64,000 nt of DNA from Eledone cirrhosa. Lineage: Eukaryota. The position numbers were made by a program, and so were the translations under genes. The notes beneath the pieces are model-generated. The model was given only the letters and a program-made list of their open reading frames with translations. It was not told the origin of the DNA and ran no database searches. Positions 55,735 through 64,000 of this stretch are shown here, in pieces (position 1 is the stretch's first letter; each line of letters opens with the position of its first letter). The stretch covers positions 277,512,001 through 277,576,000 of the forward strand of contig OZ024741.1 of assembly GCA_964016885.1 (NCBI GenBank), written 5' to 3'.

Positions 55735-57270
55735 GTCATCGTCATTTGCAATTCCTCTGAGGTTACTTCCATAGCCCTGTTTCAGGCTAATGTCATGGCA
55801 ATTATCAGTGTATTTTTGTCATAGTTGGTAATGTAAAAATTATATTTGCTTTCGACAACTACGTATTTCGACAACACATATTCAAAATTAATGTTCTAAG
55901 TAAAGAGTCCATGTATGGTTTCATAATTTGGTGTCGAATCTTCTGTTTATTTTACGGAAGGAGTTGTGGTGTTGATTTGGGCGAAGTTTAAATTTATTGG
56001 AGGTCATGCTTCAAAGGCAATCTACTCCTTGATGAAGTAGATTGTCTTTGTGGGGATATTTAATTTTGAGGATCCAGTTTTCAGTAATAGCATGATCTTG
56101 TGTTAAGGTGTATGTTAGAGATAGGCAATAATTTGCAGTCAGTGCTTGCGAGAGTGCAGGTAAAGTTTAGAGATATAAGAGAGGAAATTTTAAGTGGGTT
56201 TGTATAGAGCTGGAGTCATGTTTGACAAATGTTTTTCTTTTTCTAATTAAATGTATTAAACATTTAGCTGCGGATGTGATCATTTTTTCTCTGTCGTAGA
56301 TGTTGCTTCAGTGTTACAATCTGGGTCTCATCATATTAATATAGATTTAAGGCCACGGCCGCCCTCGTTATGTTGGAAATATAATATGTCTGCATCTCAA
56401 ATGTTGATGAAATTTCCAGTAACATTGAGCAGTTTCCGAGTATATGTATGTATGTATGTATGTATGTATAGATCTATGAGTGTATTTATGCATGTATGTA
56501 TGTATGTATGTATGTATTTATATATGTATGCATATATATATATGTATTTATGTATGTATGCATGTGTTTATGTATGTATTGTATGCGTGCATGTATGTCT
56601 GTAGGCATGCATTATGCATGCATTCTGTTTGCATGTCTGAATCTATGCATATATGTATGCATACAGATATGTAGACACGTATGCATGTATGCATGTATGC
56701 ATGTATGCATGTATGTAGACATACATATATGTATATCCGTATGCGTTTATGTATACAAGTATGCAAGTATACATATATGCTTGTATCTCTTCTTGCATGT
56801 AAGTCTACTTCTATGTATGTATGTTTGTATGCATGTATGTATATTTGTATGCAAGTACGCATATACGCATACATGTATGTATGCATGTTTGTAAGTGTGT
56901 TTGTACGTATGCATGTATGTATGCAGGCATATATGTATGCACGTTTGTATGTATCTATGTATGCATGCATATATGTATGTATGTGAGTATATATGTAAGC
57001 ATGTATGTATATATGCATGTATATATATATATATATATATCTGTGTGCGTGTATGTGTGTGTGTATACGCGGAGAAAGAATGTGTGTGTGTGTGGCAAGA
57101 GAGGGTAGATGAAAATATAGACAGAGAGAGAGAAAAAAAGAAAGGAAGAAAGAGAGAGAAGAAAGGAGTGGGAAAGAAAGAGATAACAACTAGAGAGAAA
57201 GAAAAGGATAGATAGATAAGATAAAGAGAGTGAGGAAGCGAGGGTGAGAGAGAGAGAAGAACTGAAAGAG

Positions 57271-57346
<76 letters not shown>

Positions 57347-57507
57347 GGGAGGGGAGTCAACCGTACACCGCTTCTTCCTATTAATCAATTCATAGAGAAA
57401 TAACTATTTTTAGTTTCCGAAACCGTTCACCGATATTCGATCTCTTTTCGATTTCCTTACACCCTATTATTTGCTAGTAATTGTTGTCATCACCGTCATT
57501 ATTATTA

Positions 57508-57725
57508 TTGTTAAGGTTGTTGTTGTTGTTAATGTTCTTGTTGCTGTGGCTAAGGTTGTTGTTGTTGTTAATCTTCTTGTTGTTATCGTTAAGGTTGTTG
57601 TTGTTGTTAATGTTCTTGTTGTTATCGTTAAGGTTGTTGTTGTTGTTAATGTTCTTGTTGTTATCGTTAAGGTTGTTGTTGTTGCTGTTGTTGATGTTCT
57701 TGTTGCTATTGTTAATGTTCTTGTC
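57508..57725. repeat. 39-bp minisatellite
   Basis: gttaaggttgttgttgttgttaatgttcttgttgttatc, about 5 copies. Confidence 0.85.
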
Positions 57726-57726
57726 A

Positions 57727-57947
57727 GGGCGTTGGTTTGGCAGTATCAGTAGAGCGTCAGACACCATACTTTGCAGCATAGAGTTACGGCCCTTTATGAT
57801 CTGAGTTCAAATCCCGCCGAGGTTAATTTTGCCTTTCATCCTTAAGGGGTCGATAAAATAAAGTACCAGTCACACACTGGGGTCGATTTAATCGACTTTC
57901 CCCCCCTCCTCCAAAATTGCTGGCCTTGTGCCTATATAAGAAACCAT
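57727..57947 (+). mobile_element. SINE family 1, full length
   Basis: Head, B box, core and tail are all present. Confidence 0.88.
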
Positions 57948-58517
57948 TGTTAGTGTTCTTGTTGTTGTTAATGTTTGTGTTGCTGTTATTGGATCTGTTA
58001 TTATTATTACTATTATTAGTATTACTAGCAGAAAAACCACCCTTCGGATGGTTATCTGCTAGCATGTGTAATGTGTATATTGATATTATACGCAAGTATA
58101 TATGCATGTAGATATGATACAACAAATAAAATCGTAATTGACAATATACACAGAAATTAAACGAAGACTGCGTTACACTCTCTTATGTAATCAGTAACGT
58201 AATCCATGATACATTTAAAAAAGACGATATTATATATAAACTGCATTAGGAGAAAATTAGTGATGGAAATATTTGAATGTTTATTTAAGCGATCGCTAAC
58301 CGGAAGTGTTGACATTTGAAAATTTTAAAGAAGTGAATCTTAAAATAAGCAACAAAATTATTTATATTTAATCAAAAATAACGAAATTTAGTAGATAAAT
58401 TATGTAATATTAATACATTTTTTTATTCAAAGGAATCCAACTTATTTTACAAACGGGATAAAAAAATATATTCTGGACGCAGTCCCGCACTCCTTTCTTT
58501 ATTATAGTTTAGATTAT

Positions 58518-58920
58518 TGGTAGATTGGCAGCATCGGTAGAGCGTCAGACACCGTGCTTCACGGCATAGAGTTATGGCCCGTTACATTCTGAGTTCAAAT
58601 CTCGTTCGGGTTAGCTTTGCCTTTCATCCTTACGGGATCGATAAAATAAAGTACCAGTAATACACTGGGGTCTATTTAATCGACTTTCCACTTTCCCAAA
58701 TTCCTGGCCTTGTGCCTATAGTAGAAATCCTTATCATTATTGGTGGATTGGCAGAATCGGTAGAGTGTCGGACACCCTGCTTCGCGGAATAGAGTTACGG
58801 CCCTTTGTGTTCAGAATTGAAATCGGCCGATGTTAGCTTTGCCTTTCATCCTTACGGTGTCGATAAAATAAAGTACCAGTAACATATTGGCGTCGATTTA
58901 ATCGACTTGCCACCTCCCCA
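58518..58920 (+). mobile_element. Two tandem SINE family 1 copies
   Basis: tggtagattggcagcatcggtagag... at ~58518 and tggtggattggcagaatcggtagag... at 58741. Confidence 0.85.
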
Positions 58921-58924
58921 CCCA

Positions 58925-59101
58925 AGCCGTAGCTATGCAAAACACCGGGGCTAACACCCTCTGGTGGTGTCCAGCAGAAGGAAGGGGGACAATCGTCTAT
59001 GCGTTTAAGACTTAACTAGTCTCCATCAGGACGATACCGCCCACGCTTGAGAACAGTCGGGAATATAGTTTTCTCCTGTTTAAATGGTGATTATTCTCAT
59101 T

Positions 59102-59105
<4 letters not shown>
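58925..59105 (-). mobile_element. Second copy of the retrozyme-like unit, with decayed hammerhead at 58992-59035
   Basis: The reverse complement aligns to ~24985-25182: ATCGTC-CTGATGG-AGACTagttaAGTCT-TAAA-CGCA-TA-GACGAT. Confidence 0.75.
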
Positions 59106-59133
<28 letters not shown>

Positions 59134-59199
59134 GCAACAGAGATCAACGTTGCTTGATGTGAGTTAATGTTTTATGTGACTATATATTGAAATAAGTTT

Positions 59200-59296
59200 A
59201 TTTCACTCTGACGAAGGTGTCTTGTTTATGAATTTGTCCAGAGTACAAATAGACAAATTTATTTCACAAAACACCAGAAACAATTGTAACTAAATT
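59200..59296 (+). ncRNA. Hammerhead motif with long stem II and palindromic stem III; stem I weak
   Basis: CTGACGA-aGGTGTcTTGT..ATGAATTTGTC...GACAAATTTAT..ACAAaACACCa-GAAA-CAATTG-TA. Confidence 0.65.
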
Positions 59297-59399
59297 CTTC
59301 TCTTAACGCTTCTTTTGTATGATTTAAACATTGAGTAAACGCCTCGGTCCCTGGCTGGTAAATACAATCTATAAGTCTGTGTCTACTCTCCTTTGAGAT

Positions 59400-59469
<70 letters not shown>

Positions 59470-59691
59470 CTATGTCGGAAGATAACCTCAACGTTTACCT
59501 TGATTTAAATCAATATTTTTTCTTGTAGTCCATCTGAAACTCAGTACAGTGTTTTAAAAGTTGTTCCATGTTGTAAATATAAATTATATATCTTTATTTT
59601 CACAAGATTGACTGCTTCTTCTTTTGGCATAATACACATGTACACCATTTATTACACACACACACACACATATATATATATGTATATATAA

Positions 59692-59795
<104 letters not shown>

Positions 59796-59804
59796 CTGAG
59801 CCAT

Positions 59805-60036
59805 ATCTATGCTGCAAAGCATGGCGTCTGATGCTCTACCGATACTGCCAATCCACCGCATAATAATTGTTTCTACTTTTGGCACAAGGCCAGCAATTTT
59901 TCCAGTGTATTACTGGTACTTTATTTTATCGACCCCGTAACGATGAAAGGCCTTTCATCCTCACGAATCCGATAATATATAGCACCAGTAATACACTGGA
60001 ATAATTGCTAGACTTGTGCCAAAAGTAGAACCAATT
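59805..60036. mobile_element. Rearranged SINE family 1 pieces in inverted arrangement
   Basis: Minus head (59805-59860) and minus tail (59861-59952), then a plus tail (59950-60036), giving a rough hairpin around aaaggccttt. Confidence 0.7.
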
Positions 60037-60038
60037 AC

Positions 60039-60171
<133 letters not shown>

Positions 60172-60189
60172 TGTGTGTGTGTGAGTGTG

Positions 60190-60902
60190 TGTCTGTGTAT
60201 TACCTATAAGGGCCTACATCTTACGACCGATTTTCATGAAACTTTACAGGCTCATAGATTAGTCATCGGGGAGTGTTTTCTATGTATCAGTGTATCGTTT
60301 TTTTTTTATTCCGGGGTCATTCTGCAGATATAAATCGATAGGGGTATCAACTTTTTTTTAGGTATCGAAAAATAACATTTTTGGCTCTAGCTCCCACATT
60401 TTGCCACCGATTTCGTTCAAATTTTAAAGCAAAATAGAATTTATCATTGCACATCCTGTAATGGCTTTACATTTTGGATTTTTTGTCCAGGAACGGCGTG
60501 GCAGCCGCTTGAATATTCGAAAACACCACCTTTTCGCTCAAATTTCCGCCTTTTCGGCTCTAGCTCCCACATTTTTCAACCGATTTCGTTCAAATTCGAA
60601 ACTTCGGCTCCATCTCACGCATAAATCAATTTATTTGGTTCAACTTTTATACTACGATAGAACCTATCATTGCACATCTTATAGTAGCTTTACACTTTGC
60701 ATTTTTTGTTCAGGGACGACGTGGCAGCTTTAACTCTTCAAAATACAATTTTTTTTCCACCTCCCACATATTCCATACGATTTCACTCAACATTTCGCCA
60801 TTTACGACCGATTTTCAAGAAACTCGCAGTCGCTAAGATCAACACCTTTTTATCAAAGCAGATATTATTTTACCTACCCAGGCAACGCTAGGTACTGCTG
60901 CT

Positions 60903-60906
<4 letters not shown>
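60190..60906. mobile_element. Helentron/DINE-like non-autonomous element with internal repeats
   Basis: Core accgattttcatgaaacttt next to a microsatellite, internal repeats ggctctagctcccacattt...accgatttcgttcaaatt, and terminal hairpin-like acccaggcaacgctaggta...ctggta. Confidence 0.5.
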
Positions 60907-60964
<58 letters not shown>

Positions 60965-61107
60965 CATATATACGTGTGTGTGTGTTGTGCATGTGTGTGT
61001 GTGCATGTATGTATGCATGCATGCATATATGTATATATGTATGTATGCATCTATGCACGTATGTATATATTTAAGTATGTATGTACGTATGTATGTATAT
61101 ATCGATC

Positions 61108-61141
<34 letters not shown>

Positions 61142-61261
61142 CATATATATATACATATATATATACACATCCATATATACATACATACGTACGTACATAC
61201 TTAAATATATACATACATGCATACATATATCCATACATATATATATATATATATTATATAC

Positions 61262-61297
<36 letters not shown>

Positions 61298-61856
61298 AAG
61301 TGTGTGTGTGAACAAGCTGCTTATCATATAATTGACATAGAAAGCCAAGGGAGATAATAGATTATAGAAGAGAAAAGTGTGAAAACAAATTTGTTTCAGA
61401 GTGGTAAAATTTATTTTTTCTTACTAAATATTTGTTATCGTTAAAAAACAAATTATAATATCAGTGAATTTATCTCCTTGTTCATTTTTTTTAGTTATTT
61501 TTTATAAAAATTATCAAAACTACAAATAACTGAATTTTGTTGAAGATATCTCTAAATAAATATATAAAAAAGAAGAGAAAATATTAAAAATTAACATTAA
61601 TTTCATGAGTAAAAAAATATATGCTTTAATTTTTTTGTATACTATCACTTGTTTCAGTCATTAGAATGCGGTCATGCTGGAGTATTGCCTTGATTTGTGT
61701 CAGTCACATCGAACCCAGTAAATATTTTTAGCAGTCTCCTTTTTTATCAAACCGTTAGATTAAGGGTTATAAAAACAATCACAGGCATAAACGTAAACGG
61801 ACACGCATTCAAATGTTCACACACATGCACGCACTCATGTACACACAATCCACTCA

Positions 61857-61887
<31 letters not shown>

Positions 61888-62651
61888 ATGCACACACATG
61901 TATATAGTAAAAGAATGAACATGGTCGGGTGTACAATAGAGTTTATTTAAAGTGAGTGTGCGTCCGACGCTGGGTACTGCTGGCGCACAGGAGTGATTGG
62001 AAGAAGAAAAGGAATAAAGACGATGTACAAGACAAGTTTACACACACATACCTCCCCTCCCCCCCCCACACACACACACATACGCACATACACACGTATA
62101 AGTGTGTGTGTGGGGAGGGGGGGTTCAAAAGAGTGCACAGCACAGAGACAATGAAAAGAACAACAAAAAGACGGACAGTCACATCTCCTCAGTCAACCTC
62201 TAGAAATCACTACTGTTTCGGCGCATTAAGGTCGATGCCATTCATTCCAGTGTACATTGGGACATAACAAATTTGGTAAAGACAAGTTATGCCTTTAAAC
62301 GAATTACATAAATAAAGGTGACGTACAAGACAAGTTTACACACAAATACCTTCACCCTCATCGTGCGAAACCATTTTGCCGATTTTGGAGCTGATGTAGG
62401 TGAAGATCTGTGTGTAAACTTGTCTTGTACATCGCCTTTATTTATTTCCTACTTCCAGTCACTTCTGTGCGCCAGCGCATTTCTTGTCCGTCTATATTTC
62501 ATCTGCCTGTCCCCCACTTTGTGGATTCTCTCTCTGTTGACCACTCACCGCTGGTCTTTGTACTCTGAAGCATTTTGTCCTATCGTAGTCTTTGATAGTA
62601 TTTAGCTGTTTTAACGGCTGTTCTGGCGATGAGTGTTCACATATATATATA

Positions 62652-62703
<52 letters not shown>

Positions 62704-63294
62704 CACGTATGTTTAGAAAACGGCGAGCGGAATTTGAAAATTGAATTGAGTGGTTGTGTTAGGTGGTTGGGTGGTTGGATGGTTTGGTGGGGTAGTTGGT
62801 TAGTTGGGTAGGTAGTTGGCTGGTTGCATTGCTGGATGGTTGGATGGTTAGATGGTTGGGTGGTTAGGTGGTTGGGTGGTTAGGTGGTTGGGTGGTTGTG
62901 TTAGGTGGCTGAGTGGTTGGATGGTTGGATGGTTTGGTGGTTGGTTAGTTGGGTTGTCGGGTGTTGTGTGGATAGTTGGCTGGTTGGGTGGTTGGCTGGG
63001 TGGTTGGCTGTCGGGTGGCTGTATTCCTGGGTGGCTTGGGTAATGTCTACACTGGAATGTGTGCAGTCGATGGATTCAAGGTCTTCGATTTCTGACACAA
63101 AGATATCGGGATGTTTTTCCTGCACGTATTGGTTCTACTCTTCTTGGTCGATTGATTGATTAATTGATCGAAGTAACAATCGATCACTATTCATCACCAC
63201 CACCACCATTATCTACAACACCCCAACGAACCAAAACTACAGTTACCAACACCAATAGCCTCATGCAGCTAACACCTACACGAATACTACCTAC

Positions 63295-64000
63295 ACCACC
63301 ACCACCACCGCCACTAAAACACAGCTAACCAACACCACACCAGCACCACCGACAACATCAACACCAACACCAGCACCACCGACAACACCACCACCACCAC
63401 TAAAACACAGCTAACCAACACCAACACCAACACCACCGCCGCCACTAAAACACAGCTAACCAACACCAACACCAACACCACCACCACCACCGCCACTAAA
63501 ACACGGCTAACCAACACCAACACCACCACCACCACCGCCACTAAAACACAGCTAACCAACACCAACACCACCACCACCACCGCCACTAAAATACAGCTAA
63601 CCAACACCAGCACCAACACCAACACCAACACCACCGACAACACCACCACCACCACCACTAAAACACAGCTAACCAACACCAACACCACCACCACCACCGT
63701 CACTAAAATACAGCTAACCAACACCACCACTAATACCACCGACACCACCACCACCATCACCACCGTCACTAAAATACAGCTAACCAACACCACCACTAAT
63801 ACCACCGACACCACCACCACCATCACCACCGTCATTAAAATACAGCTAACCAACACCACCACTAATACCACCGACACCACCACCACCACCACCGCCACTA
63901 AAATACAGCTAACCAACACCAACACCACCGACACCACCACCACCACCACCAGTTACTAAAAAACAGCTAACCAACACCAACACCAATACCACCGACAACA
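63295..64000. repeat. ~45-60-bp minisatellite (ctaaaacacagctaaccaacacc + (cac)n)
   Basis: The unit repeats more than 12 times and runs off the window end. Confidence 0.9.

Noticed and set aside
55830-56430. Possible old RT remnant on the minus strand (LNFTC..LP-like)
   Set aside because: Too degenerate to support without a profile search.

Overview
Repeat-saturated animal genomic DNA; the SINE families and microsatellite load suggest an octopod cephalopod (inference). Only one host-gene exon is recognisable: a 366-bp internal exon (16920-17285, +) encoding TM3-TM5 of a cholecystokinin/gastrin/sulfakinin-type GPCR, so most of the window is probably its introns. Almost all other ORFs in the track are microsatellite artefacts. 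The rest is transposons: three Penelope-like elements (PLEs) with a C-terminal GIY-YIG nuclease and CxCx5C/CxLC motifs (one has an uninterrupted ~789-codon ORF between 1.27-kb near-perfect inverted repeats), a second, unrelated PLE lineage, a near full-length L1/Tx1 LINE in (GATA)n, a decayed R4/Dong LINE, CRE and RTE 3' ends, a DD37D mariner fragment, a hAT MITE, Helitron-like elements and many tRNA-SINEs. The main hidden signal is non-coding: more than a dozen type I hammerhead ribozyme (HHR) motifs, read by eye, in PLE termini and in small non-coding elements inserted in (TA)n. They include palindromic (dimer-type) stem III, recurrent non-canonical cores, a retrozyme-like 321-nt unit and a shared GAGTRCTTT-like terminal motif. 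All structure calls are manual and need computational and biochemical confirmation.
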